Below are positions 9,482 to 18,178 of a DNA stretch of 41,070 nucleotides, piece by piece (the first letter of the stretch is position 1; every line of letters begins with the position of its first letter). The DNA is taken from NCBI GenBank assembly GCA_021162815.1, contig JAGGXW010000063.1, positions 1 through 41,070 of the forward strand. Reading direction: 5' to 3'. Made by a program: the position numbers and the translations under genes. A model generated the notes under the pieces. It saw only the letters and a list, made by a program, of their open reading frames with translations. It searched no databases and was not told where the DNA came from. The stretch is from Thermoplasmata archaeon (GTDB lineage Archaea; Thermoplasmatota; E2; UBA202; JdFR-43).

Positions 9482-10045
9482 TTCTTCATTTTGTGAAATC
9501 TCATCAGGAAGAGAGAAGTACGCTATTATTTCCAGTATTTTTGCGATGAATATTATGATTGCACCGACAATAACTATTATTGTTACAGCTCCAACAAAAT
9601 ATAGCAAGCCTGTTGTATGAAACATCTCCACACCTGTTTTATCTGCAATTGAGTAATAACTCTTTTTAAGAAACGATGAAGCTATTATCATTAATATCCA
9701 GAGGGCGACAAGGGCTATTAAAAGACCAACTATAATATGCTTCAAAGCATCCATGCCATGCAACTCGCTTTCTACTTTTGTCACATTAAAAATTACATCC
9801 ACACCTATAAAGGCAATAAAAGAGGCAATGGCTACAATCCCTGCAATTATGCTTATTACGAAATACAGGATGTAGTTATTCATTATTGAGGAATCTTTTA
9901 ACTCCGTTGATAAATTCTTTACAGCAATCAAAATGAGTATCACACCGGCTATGCTGACTATAATCCCGGCATATGGTATGAACCCCCCAATTAAGGATAA
10001 AATTGCTCCGACGCCTCCATAAGTTTTTGCCTGATCCAATGACAT
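9470..10045 (-). CDS. Small polytopic membrane protein (DUF996-like)
   Basis: 191 aa with about 5 hydrophobic helices. The N-terminal YGGVGAILSLIGGFIPYAGIIVSIAGVILILIAVKNLS resembles archaeal DUF996 proteins. The convergent 3' end overlaps the upstream gene by 12 nt. Confidence 0.6.
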   Translation of the reverse strand: MSLDQAKTYGGVGAILSLIGGFIPYAGIIVSIAGVILILIAVKNLSTELKDSSIMNNYILYFVISIIAGIVAIASFIAFIGVDVIFNVTKVESELHGMDALKHIIVGLLIALVALWILMIIASSFLKKSYYSIADKTGVEMFHTTGLLYFVGAVTIIVIVGAIIIFIAKILEIIAYFSLPDEISQNEELQE

Positions 10046-10066
10046 ATTTGTAAAAAGTTGGTATAA

Positions 10067-10076
10067 TTTAAATATT
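10067..10076 (-). promoter_or_regulatory. Candidate TATA box for the 9470..10045 gene (leaderless spacing)
   Basis: TTTAAATATT is centred about 26 nt upstream of ATG 10045 on the minus strand. It lies between the gene and the IS end at 10087. Confidence 0.35.
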
Positions 10077-10086
10077 TTGAAAAATC

Positions 10087-10266
10087 CTGCTGTGTTGAAT
10101 AAATCAGAATGAATAAGGAAATTGCCATGTAGGTGTTTATATTATGAACAATTGCCATGGCAATTATATGTTTCATTCTCATTGATTTTTTTCTGTATCT
10201 TGTGAATAATAATCTCCTGTTTTCCAATCCTCCAAATACTCCCTCTATTATTCCCCTAAATTTCTC
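10087..10266 (-). pseudogene. Transposase C-terminal segment lying in the +1 frame relative to 10256..10963
   Basis: The frame opening at 10266 reads EKFRGIIEGVFGGLENRRLLFTRYRKKSMRMKHIIAMAIVHNINTYM. This is the typical IS5-type C-terminal motif (IEGVFG...K/R-rich...hydrophobic-x-N-I/L). It has no stop inside the IS and runs through the terminal repeat to 9991. Confidence 0.6.
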
Positions 10267-10963
10267 TTATAGAGCTTTCCATCAAATACTTTTCTTGCCC
10301 TCCCTCTATATTTCCTTGCTTTTTATCATATCTTCTCTGCTTTATTATCGGTTTTATTCCTATGCTGAAACATTTTTCATACAACTCCTCACAATCAAAA
10401 CCTGCATCAGCAAAAAGTATAGTAGCATTTGTCTCAATTTCACTCAGCATTTTGGTGGCAAAGTATGAATCCGATGTTAAGAATGCATCAGCATTTGCAA
10501 TTACTATTGCATTCTCCTCCGGATAATACTCTGCAACAATGTTCAATTTGTCTACTAGCTTCCGTCTTTTTGATTTGCATTTTATGATTGCTGGAACATA
10601 TAATCTATCAGTTGTTACCTCTGTAGAATCTGCTATCGATATGGGAATATGCTTTTTCCCGATCAAATTTTTTATCTCACTCCTTATCATCAAAAGCAAT
10701 TTCTGGAGACAATGATGGGGGATTTTTTGAAATGCTTTTCCAAATGTTCTATGATCAATATGCTTTCCAAATATCAAATCTGATAAAAATTCATCTCTCA
10801 AACTCAAATCAAAGAATGTGGAAATGATGAATACAGCTGTATATTCATATGGATTAGGTGCTGAAGGTCTGCCCAGCTTTCTGGCTTTTGATTGAATAAA
10901 ATAGTAAAGATTTTTTACATTGCATAATTTATATCTGGCATCATATCTTTGCCAGTATATCAT
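10256..10963 (-). CDS. IS5-like DDE transposase, main (N-terminal) reading frame
   Basis: Candidate catalytic Asp contexts are IADSTEV and LFADAGFD. The N-terminus MIYWQRYD is shared with the remnant at the window start. ATG 10963 is preferred over the TTG 10978 used by the track. The frame ends at TAG 10256-10258, before the conserved C-terminal IEGVFG motif. Confidence 0.75.
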   Translation of the reverse strand: MIYWQRYDARYKLCNVKNLYYFIQSKARKLGRPSAPNPYEYTAVFIISTFFDLSLRDEFLSDLIFGKHIDHRTFGKAFQKIPHHCLQKLLLMIRSEIKNLIGKKHIPISIADSTEVTTDRLYVPAIIKCKSKRRKLVDKLNIVAEYYPEENAIVIANADAFLTSDSYFATKMLSEIETNATILFADAGFDCEELYEKCFSIGIKPIIKQRRYDKKQGNIEGGQEKYLMESSIREI

Positions 10964-11014
10964 AAAATTTTTCAACAAACCCTATTTGTTCAACACAGCA
11001 GCCTCAAACAAACA

Positions 11015-11023
11015 TTTATATTT
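11015..11023 (+). promoter_or_regulatory. Candidate TATA box for nadA
   Basis: TTTATATTT is centred about 21 nt upstream of the proposed GTG start at 11040, 14 nt beyond the IS end. Confidence 0.3.
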
Positions 11024-11039
11024 CCTAAAATATACATGT

Positions 11040-11936
11040 GTGGATAAAATAAAAAAAATTGAGGAGTTAAAAGAAAAAAGAAATGCAATAATTCTCGCCC
11101 ATAATTATCAACGACCTGAGGTACAGGATGTAGCCGATTTTGTTGGCGATTCCCTGGGGCTGGCAATAGAAGCGAGTAAAACAGATGCGGATGTCATAGT
11201 CTTCTGCGGTGTCGATTTTATGGCTCAATCTGCAAAAATTATCAATCCCGATAAGATAGTATTATTCCCTGAGCCAGGAGCCAAATGCCCAATGGCGGCC
11301 ATGGTTGATGCAGACTCTCTTTTAAAGCTGAAGAAGGAAAAGAAAATGAATATTGTGGCGTATGTGAATACAAGTGCAGAGGTTAAGGCTGTTTCTGATA
11401 TATGCTGCACTTCTGCTAATGCTGTCAAAGTTGTGGAAAGCATGCCCGATGGTGTCATTTTTGTTCCTGATGAGAATCTCGGAAAGTATGTGAAAAGATT
11501 TGTTAAAAAGGAGATACTCATATGGCCCGGATTCTGTCCAACGCATCAGGCCATATCATCTGAAGACGTAATTGAAGAAAAGAAGAAACATCCTGATGCT
11601 GTGGTGATGGCCCATCCTGAATGTATAGAGGAAGTAATAGACATGGCAGATAAGGTGGCATCCACAGAAGGAATGGTGAGATATGCAAGGGAAAGAAATG
11701 CAAGAGAATTTATAGTTGCCACAGAACAGGGTCTTTGCTACAGGCTTAGTAAGGAAATGCCCGATAAAAAATTTTACTGCATATCTCATGCAGTATGCCC
11801 CACGATGAAAAGGATAACTCTGGATAGTATAATAAGGAGTCTGGAAAACATGCAGCCTGAAATAGTGATTGATGAGGAAATAATAAACAAAGCAAGAAAA
11901 CCACTGACAAGAATGATAGAACTGGGAAGAGATTAA
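11040..11936 (+). CDS. nadA: Quinolinate synthase
   Basis: VDKIKKIEELKEKRNAIILAHNYQRPEVQDVADFVGDSLGLA is the canonical NadA N-terminus. GTG 11040 gives 298 aa, the usual size. The track's ATG 10920 lies inside the IS and adds 40 residues with no NadA counterpart. Confidence 0.85.
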   Translation: MDKIKKIEELKEKRNAIILAHNYQRPEVQDVADFVGDSLGLAIEASKTDADVIVFCGVDFMAQSAKIINPDKIVLFPEPGAKCPMAAMVDADSLLKLKKEKKMNIVAYVNTSAEVKAVSDICCTSANAVKVVESMPDGVIFVPDENLGKYVKRFVKKEILIWPGFCPTHQAISSEDVIEEKKKHPDAVVMAHPECIEEVIDMADKVASTEGMVRYARERNAREFIVATEQGLCYRLSKEMPDKKFYCISHAVCPTMKRITLDSIIRSLENMQPEIVIDEEIINKARKPLTRMIELGRD

Positions 11937-13051
11937 GCAAATTTTGAGGATAAACTTCTCACTCTTTCAATTGCACTCTTACCATCATGAACATCTTTTA
12001 TTATCTCCGCTATTTCATCCATCTCCGCCTTTCCCATTCCAATGTGTGTTACCTCAGCCACCCCAACTCTGCCTGAGGAGTCAATAAATACCTTATTTTT
12101 CTCAAGCTCTATGAAGAATTTTTTTAACTCATCTCCTTCCATATCAAGGAGGAATTGATGAGATTCTGTAAAGCCCTTTTCCTCATATTTAACAGGAATG
12201 CCATACTCATGGAGTTTGGATGCCAGATATTTTGCGTTGCTGATTACATTTCTGGCATATTTCTTTCCCTCCCTCAACATTTCCTCCACAACTATTGCAA
12301 GAGAAGCTACCCTGTTCATATGGATATTGTCAACAAGTCCTATCCCTTCATCAAAAGAAAAAAGAAGATATTTTTCAAGCATGGATGCATGCTCATCATC
12401 ATTCGTCATCACAATTCCTCCCTGGGGACCAGGAAAACTTTTATGAGTGGAGCCAAACATTATGTGCATGCCCTCCTTTAATGGCTGCTGAAATTCTTTC
12501 CCTGCTATCAGCCCAAGAACATGAGAGGCATCATATGCTCCTGTTTCACAGTCAACTCTCTCCATCAAATCTGTTAGAGGAAATGGAAACAGTATTGTTG
12601 ACTGGGCCATCAAAAGAAGTTTGCATTTCATGCCGCTTATTTTTTCTATATCCACTTCATGTCCTTTCATTGGAAGAGGTATGAATTTTCTTTCAAATTT
12701 TTCATATCCAAAAGGATATCCTCCATGCTCCTTTGGTATCCCTGCCACTTCATCACCTGATTTTGTGAATGCAAATATGACGGATAAATCACATATATTG
12801 CCTGAGACGGGGGTTAGAAATGCATATTTCACTTTGAAAAGTTTTTTAGTCAATTCAACAGCTTTTTCATATATCTTTTCTGCATATTCTGAGCCTCCAT
12901 ACCAGTCCGTACCATATCTCCCTGCCAGATCACTTGAAAGAGCCTTTAAAGCAGGTGGAGATAGTCTGTTCTCCGATGGGATGAGATTTATGCCATTTAT
13001 TCTATATCCCTCATGTTTCTTTATAAGCTCTGTTATCTCAGTTTCTTCCAT
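11933..13051 (-). CDS. glyA: Serine hydroxymethyltransferase (archaeal type, short)
   Basis: LIPSENRLSPPALKAL, VSGNICDLSVIFAF, ASHVLGLIAGKEFQQPL and the PLP-lysine motif GSTHKSFPGPQGG closely resemble archaeal SHMT. 372 aa. Confidence 0.75.
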   Translation of the reverse strand: MEETEITELIKKHEGYRINGINLIPSENRLSPPALKALSSDLAGRYGTDWYGGSEYAEKIYEKAVELTKKLFKVKYAFLTPVSGNICDLSVIFAFTKSGDEVAGIPKEHGGYPFGYEKFERKFIPLPMKGHEVDIEKISGMKCKLLLMAQSTILFPFPLTDLMERVDCETGAYDASHVLGLIAGKEFQQPLKEGMHIMFGSTHKSFPGPQGGIVMTNDDEHASMLEKYLLFSFDEGIGLVDNIHMNRVASLAIVVEEMLREGKKYARNVISNAKYLASKLHEYGIPVKYEEKGFTESHQFLLDMEGDELKKFFIELEKNKVFIDSSGRVGVAEVTHIGMGKAEMDEIAEIIKDVHDGKSAIERVRSLSSKFA

Positions 13052-13896
13052 GCTATCGCTATTATAACGGCCACAATAATTATGGCAATTGCAATTGAGA
13101 TGACTCCAACAAAATCTGTTTCCATTCCCTTGCTTTCAAGGGAAATGGAGAATGTGACTGCATTACTCTTTCCAGGATAGCCTGTTGGGTAATATGTTAC
13201 CCTGAATGGCATATCAAATGTACCAATCTCCCTTGCTTCTATTTTCATGGTTATTTGCTTCTGTGATTTTGATGGTATTATTATGTTATTATCATAGGAA
13301 ACAGAATAAGCAGAACTATTGTTCAGTCTTTCTATACTTATGGTTACAGGAGCGTTGCAATCATTTGTTATGTTCAGATATATCGTTTTCTCCTCTCCCG
13401 AGCTGCATTCAACCTTTGATGGATGGTCAATCTGTATGCCATGGTCAGCAAAATCCTGCATTACAGCCACAGCTTTTTTTGCATCAGCACCACCAATCAG
13501 AAAATTACCATTTGTATGAGCATGAAGAGTAAATGAATACTGTGTAAAGGCCTCTATCTCCTGCTTTGATGTGAGATGAACCTCTATATCCCTCTTAATG
13601 CTTCCTCCTCTAAATCCAGTTGGTGTTATCACAAAACTTGATGGTGTGCATGTAACAGAGAGCCAGTCAGGAACATTCTCAGCATCAATGTATATGGTGA
13701 CAGCAGTAGGAATTATGGCTCCAAAACCCCAGCTGAAATTTATATGGGCATTTATTGTTATGCTTCCATCAGCAGGTACAGGAGGTGCTTCATCCACACT
13801 CATTTCCATGTCCGCAGACACAAAAGATGCGCCAGCCTGCGGCATCAGCATTGCCGCAGCCAGCATAATAATAATTTTGATTGCATGATTTGCCAT
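13033..13896 (-). CDS. Secreted, C-terminally membrane-anchored surface protein of unknown function
   Basis: Signal peptide (IKIIIMLAAAMLMPQAGASF), beta-rich body, C-terminal helix plus basic tail (VGVISIAIAIIIVAVIIAIAWKKLR). Confidence 0.6.
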   Translation of the reverse strand: MANHAIKIIIMLAAAMLMPQAGASFVSADMEMSVDEAPPVPADGSITINAHINFSWGFGAIIPTAVTIYIDAENVPDWLSVTCTPSSFVITPTGFRGGSIKRDIEVHLTSKQEIEAFTQYSFTLHAHTNGNFLIGGADAKKAVAVMQDFADHGIQIDHPSKVECSSGEEKTIYLNITNDCNAPVTISIERLNNSSAYSVSYDNNIIIPSKSQKQITMKIEAREIGTFDMPFRVTYYPTGYPGKSNAVTFSISLESKGMETDFVGVISIAIAIIIVAVIIAIAWKKLR

Positions 13897-13996
13897 GTGC
13901 TATAAACATGAATAGTAATAAATTTTTTGTGCAAATTGCTTCTTTACCTTATACCTGCAATAAAATAAAGTTAAAAAGTGGTGATGCATTATCATC

Positions 13997-15139
13997 ATGC
14001 TTGAGAGAGAGGAAGTCTGGAAAATAGTGGATGAATATGGCTCTGAAAATATCAAGATTGCTGCAATAGCATCACATTCTGCTCTCGATACCTTTGATGG
14101 AGCCAAGGAAGAGGGATTTGAAACAATAGCAATATGCCAGAAGGGGAGAGAGAAAACATATGCCAACTACTTCAGAACCAAAAGGATAGGAGATAAGAGG
14201 ATAGGATTTGTTGATGATGTGTGGATATTTGATAAATTCGCAGAGGTGCTTAAAAAGGAGAATCAGGAGAAACTGAGGAAGGAGAACGTTGTATTTATTC
14301 CAAATCGTTCCTTCACATCATACTGCTCTCTTGATGAAATTGAGGATAATTTCAGAGTGCCATTGTTTGGTTCCCGAAATCTTCTGAGAAGTGAGGAGAG
14401 AGGAGAAAAGCAGGATTATTACTGGTTACTCGAAAAAGAAGGACTGCCATTTCCCGATAAAATAGAGGATCCGAGGGAAATAAATGAACTTGTGATAGTA
14501 AAACTTCATCATGCTGTCAAAAAACTTGAGAGAGGATTCTTCACGGCATCATCTTATGAGGAGTATAAAGAAAAGGCGGATAAATTAATCAGGCAGGGTG
14601 TTATAACAAAAGAGGATCTCGAAAAAGCCAGGATAGAGAGATACATCATAGGTCCTGTGTTCAATCTGGATTTCTTTTATTCTCCAATTCTCGGAGAACT
14701 TGAACTGCTTGGTATAGACTGGCGTTTTGAAAGTAGCCTAGATGGACATGTTAGATTGCCAGCTGACCAGCAGCTTTCTCTTCCAGCTCATCAGAGAATA
14801 CCCGAATACACCGTATGCGGACACAATGCAGCCACGCTGAGAGAAAGCCTGCTGGAGAAAGCCTTTGAACTGGGAGAAAAGTATGTTAAGGCAACTGAGA
14901 AGCATTATGGAAGCAAGATAATAGGGCCATTCAGTTTGCAGACATGTGTTGATAAGGATTTGAACTTCTATATATATGATGTAGCACCCAGAATAGGAGG
15001 CGGTACAAATGTGCATATGTTTGTCGGCCATCCATATGGCAACTCATTATGGAGAGACAGAATGTCCACCGGAAGAAGAATAGCTCTCGAAATAAAAATG
15101 GCTGTGGACGATGGAAGATTGAAGGAAGTGGTGAGCTAA
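13997..15139 (+). CDS. purP: 5-formaminoimidazole-4-carboxamide ribonucleotide (FAICAR) synthetase, ATP-grasp
   Basis: IAAIASHSALDTFDGAKEEGFETIAIC, IPNRSF and GPFSLQ...YDVAPRIGGGTN match archaeal PurP. 380 aa. Confidence 0.8.
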   Translation: MLEREEVWKIVDEYGSENIKIAAIASHSALDTFDGAKEEGFETIAICQKGREKTYANYFRTKRIGDKRIGFVDDVWIFDKFAEVLKKENQEKLRKENVVFIPNRSFTSYCSLDEIEDNFRVPLFGSRNLLRSEERGEKQDYYWLLEKEGLPFPDKIEDPREINELVIVKLHHAVKKLERGFFTASSYEEYKEKADKLIRQGVITKEDLEKARIERYIIGPVFNLDFFYSPILGELELLGIDWRFESSLDGHVRLPADQQLSLPAHQRIPEYTVCGHNAATLRESLLEKAFELGEKYVKATEKHYGSKIIGPFSLQTCVDKDLNFYIYDVAPRIGGGTNVHMFVGHPYGNSLWRDRMSTGRRIALEIKMAVDDGRLKEVVS

Positions 15140-15140
15140 T

Positions 15141-15803
15141 TCAGCGGGGTACAAAGAACTGTATTTCTGGAATCATTATGCTTGCATTGTTGCCAGCAAT
15201 ATCATAAGCAATGGCGGTGAGATTGTAAATTCCTATGGTGCTGTTAACATCCCATATATATGGCTCTTCATCCACCTTTGCAACCAGTTTATCTCCCAGA
15301 TAGAACTCTACCCTATCCATTCCAGATGGAGTATCATTTGCACACACTTCAATGGACATTCTACCAACAACCATTGTATCCTTTGGTATTCTAAGAACAG
15401 GGTATTTATTTCCCCTCAGATATAAGAAGCCTGCCTCAAAATTTTTGAATGAAATCTTTGGTTTTGTTTTGTCTATCTTTATAGTTATATTTCCATCCGC
15501 CTCATTTCCTCGCTTATCCTTGGCATAATACTCCAGAAGATGAATGCCATTGGTCGTTATCTTTATTCTTCCTTCATAATTTCTCCAGTAGTCTCCATCA
15601 AGTCTCCATTTGAATTCCTCTATATCACTTCCATTATCTCCTGCCTCAATTGTCACGGTTACATTGCTTCTGTACCATCCCTGGTTTTCTCTGCCTTCAA
15701 CATAGATGGTCAGATAGGGTGGCTCCTTATCCTTTTTGATGCATCCTGTCAGAGCGGAAAGAATGAATATTCCTGCTATAGCCACAATATATATTTTTTT
15801 CAT
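15141..15803 (-). CDS. Lipoprotein with two Ig-like domains
   Basis: Lipobox-like signal (IFILSALTGC). GWYRSNVTVTIEA...FKWRLDGDYWRNYEG...GIHLLEYYAKDKRGNEA is the same Ig-like motif seen in the 328..3831 protein. There is a second Ig-like module (RVEFYLGDKLVAKV...AIAYDIAGNNAS). Its start lies 1 nt after the stop of the upstream protease gene. Confidence 0.65.
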   Translation of the reverse strand: MKKIYIVAIAGIFILSALTGCIKKDKEPPYLTIYVEGRENQGWYRSNVTVTIEAGDNGSDIEEFKWRLDGDYWRNYEGRIKITTNGIHLLEYYAKDKRGNEADGNITIKIDKTKPKISFKNFEAGFLYLRGNKYPVLRIPKDTMVVGRMSIEVCANDTPSGMDRVEFYLGDKLVAKVDEEPYIWDVNSTIGIYNLTAIAYDIAGNNASIMIPEIQFFVPR

Positions 15804-15804
15804 T

Positions 15805-17247
15805 TCACCATCCTTCTCTATCCATAAAGGTTAAATCAAGATTGCTCCAGTCATCTCTATCATTTTCTCCATGGCTTCCATCAGAGTAATCCACCAGCTT
15901 ATACACATATCTATAATTCATGCAGCTTTTATAATTTCCATATTTCCAGTAATCTTCCTGCCATGGAAACCTTGAATTATCATTATCACATCCAGGACTG
16001 TTGCTGTGAAATATGCCAAGATTGTGCCCAAGTTCATGCATGAAACCACTGGCAAGAGCAGTGTAATAATTACTTCCCTGCAATTCCAGTGCCCATGTCC
16101 ACTTTCTCACATAAGCCACACCAACAGTAATGCTGTCAACATAGAACATTCTTCCTCCCGCAGGCCTGGAACTCCAGTATATATTGCTGCACATGAGAGC
16201 ATAGTGAAACACACCCCTCTTCCAGTTGTGTTCATCTTCATTCATGAAATACTTCCATCTTATGTGCCTTAACTCCATTCCGGTGAGGCTGTCATCATAT
16301 GGTACAAAATCTCCTCCTCCATTCCACCCATCATCGATGTGGAGGGTGATATTATGCTTTGCAAATGCATTTTCTATTAACCATTGAGATTCCTTGGGGA
16401 ATACGTAATCCTGCTGCCATGGATATTTGGCTTTCATGAAATCAACCTCAACAAAAATATCCCTAGCAAATGGATCAGAGTACCACTGGCTTGTTTCATA
16501 CTCCTCATAATTGCTCAGGCCATCATTATCAGGGTCAAGATTTTTATGGTCCTCCCATACCAAAGGATTATATCCGTATTTATCTTCCCACCAGCAGGGA
16601 ATACCATCCCCATCTAAATCCATATCATCATAATTTTTGGAGGGATCAAGTCCATATTTCACCTTATCCCAGTATGTCATCCTCCCCGCCATCTCCCATG
16701 GTATGGATTCCTGTATATCAAACCATATCTCACAATCATTCTCATTGTAGTTACCATCTTCAAATCCAGATGCATGGCCATATCCATCTGAGTCATTTAA
16801 GTAATCATCTCCATACCACTCTCCTGTGGTGAGATTATAAAATATTGTTATGCTTTTTCCAGCCAGATATGGACTGCTTCCTCTTCCTATATCGCATGGC
16901 CTGTCAATCCTTCCTTTTTTCCACAACTCAATTTGGATAGGAATGACAGAATTTGAATAATTTATTTTTTTAGATGCAACAGGCCATTCTATCTCAATTT
17001 CCTTGCCTGTGTATTCATCCTGCCAGAATACGGCATCACTTCCGTTTATTAACACTTTAAAATAAAATGTTGGTTCTTTCTCATCCACACTCAATGCCCT
17101 TATCTTCTCCACATGAACGACTACTGTTACATTCTGGGGAGGAGCGGTTATAGCAGAGGTATTTTCATATTCATATGTCCTCACACCAAGGATAGAAACA
17201 GGGATTATCATGAGTATTGCTATGGCCACTGCCAATTCTTTTTTCAT
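15805..17247 (-). CDS. Secreted metzincin-type zinc metalloprotease with thrombospondin-type-3-like calcium-binding repeats
   Basis: Signal/anchor (LAVAIAILMIIPVSILG). DMDLDGDGIPCWWEDKYGYNP and LDPDNDGLSNYEEY are D-x-D-x-D-G type repeats. Extended zinc motif HELGHNLGIFH (HExxHxxGxxH), followed by a possible Met-turn SCMNY. Confidence 0.75.
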   Translation of the reverse strand: MKKELAVAIAILMIIPVSILGVRTYEYENTSAITAPPQNVTVVVHVEKIRALSVDEKEPTFYFKVLINGSDAVFWQDEYTGKEIEIEWPVASKKINYSNSVIPIQIELWKKGRIDRPCDIGRGSSPYLAGKSITIFYNLTTGEWYGDDYLNDSDGYGHASGFEDGNYNENDCEIWFDIQESIPWEMAGRMTYWDKVKYGLDPSKNYDDMDLDGDGIPCWWEDKYGYNPLVWEDHKNLDPDNDGLSNYEEYETSQWYSDPFARDIFVEVDFMKAKYPWQQDYVFPKESQWLIENAFAKHNITLHIDDGWNGGGDFVPYDDSLTGMELRHIRWKYFMNEDEHNWKRGVFHYALMCSNIYWSSRPAGGRMFYVDSITVGVAYVRKWTWALELQGSNYYTALASGFMHELGHNLGIFHSNSPGCDNDNSRFPWQEDYWKYGNYKSCMNYRYVYKLVDYSDGSHGENDRDDWSNLDLTFMDREGW

Positions 17248-17297
17248 AGAAAATGCAATATTTGAGAATATAAGTATTTAACGATTTACCAAATAAA

Positions 17298-18074
17298 TTA
17301 TCCATTCATGCCCAAAATTTTAGATAAAAATTCCTCCAGCTCAGGAAATGCCCCATGATAATATGCTTTGCTGCATCCTGGTGTGGATGCCACCATTTTT
17401 TTAAGCATCTTTTCCGAAAGAAATTCAACAGCATATTTAGCAGCTATATGGCCAAATGCCACATTTCTTTTCATGGCAATATCTGTGAATCGTGGTGCAT
17501 AATGGCCGCCGCCTATGCCAATGGCTATTTCTGCATCGTTCATTATATCTTTATTTTTGCCTGTCTCGAGTATGGCTTCAGCAATAACCCTGCATGCCCT
17601 TTTGTTATTCCATTCTTCCTTCGTGCTACCCGTTTCAATAAAGAAAGTGGGCGTTTTCAGATATGGCCCGTGGTGTGTGGCTTCATAACTCACCTGATAT
17701 TCCATTCCATCTGCTTTCCTGTGAAGCAATGAGAGAGCATATTTCATTAAAAGAGGATGAGATGGCACAAGTTCTTCATCTTTGCCCCCATACAATGCTT
17801 TTCCAAAATTTCCTATGGGATGAACTGTCAAACTTTTTATATGGCTCTTCGAGGAATGCTTTGATGCAAATACCACTGCATCAATTTCATATCCTTCCTT
17901 TCTTATCTCCTCATCCACATTGTTATGATAAAGATGCATGTCTGGAATGTGATACATCACCATATTCTCATGGATATAAAAATCTCCCTCCCTTCTCCAT
18001 TCAGCAATTTTCATCAATTCCTTTCCAATATTCACACTTGCCTCATCTTCCTCTGATATTATGATGGCAATCAT
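17298..18074 (-). CDS. dtdA: Archaeal D-aminoacyl-tRNA deacylase
   Basis: FASKHSSKSHIKSLTVHPIGNFGKALYGGKDEEL, YEATHHGP, FFIETGSTKEEW and IGIGGGHYAPRFT...AFGHI match the archaeal DTD2 family almost motif for motif. SD GGAGGTG lies upstream of ATG 18074. Confidence 0.9.
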   Translation of the reverse strand: MIAIIISEEDEASVNIGKELMKIAEWRREGDFYIHENMVMYHIPDMHLYHNNVDEEIRKEGYEIDAVVFASKHSSKSHIKSLTVHPIGNFGKALYGGKDEELVPSHPLLMKYALSLLHRKADGMEYQVSYEATHHGPYLKTPTFFIETGSTKEEWNNKRACRVIAEAILETGKNKDIMNDAEIAIGIGGGHYAPRFTDIAMKRNVAFGHIAAKYAVEFLSEKMLKKMVASTPGCSKAYYHGAFPELEEFLSKILGMNG

Positions 18075-18178
18075 TATCCACCTCCATTAATGGAAAACGC
18101 TTTGCTTTCCCTCTACATTTTAGTGTAATCATTGTATTCTTCTTTAACTTTCTCATTCCAAAGTATCTCATAAATTTA

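Larger units (their letters stand above)
10087..11001 (-). mobile_element. Complete IS5-family-like insertion sequence (915 bp) with terminal inverted repeats
   Basis: Left end CTGCTGTGTTGAATAAAT (10087-10104) and the reverse complement of the right end CTGCTGTGTTGAACAAAT (11001-10984) match at 17 of 18 positions. The interior encodes a DDE transposase on the minus strand. No clear target-site duplication was seen. Confidence 0.8.

Noticed and set aside
10157-10468. 103-aa plus-strand ORF inside the IS.
   Set aside because: It is antisense to the transposase, low-complexity, and spans the transposase frame junction. There is no supporting signal.
10920-11039. N-terminal 40-residue extension of the nadA ORF from ATG 10920.
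   Set aside because: The ATG lies inside the IS (which ends at 11001), and the extension has no NadA counterpart. GTG 11040 reproduces the canonical NadA N-terminus and length.
11933-13051. The short (372-aa) SHMT, flagged as possibly a novel PLP enzyme.
   Set aside because: Motif order and the PLP-lysine context GSTHKSFPGPQGG align contiguously with archaeal-type SHMT. The shorter length looks like loop trimming rather than a new family.
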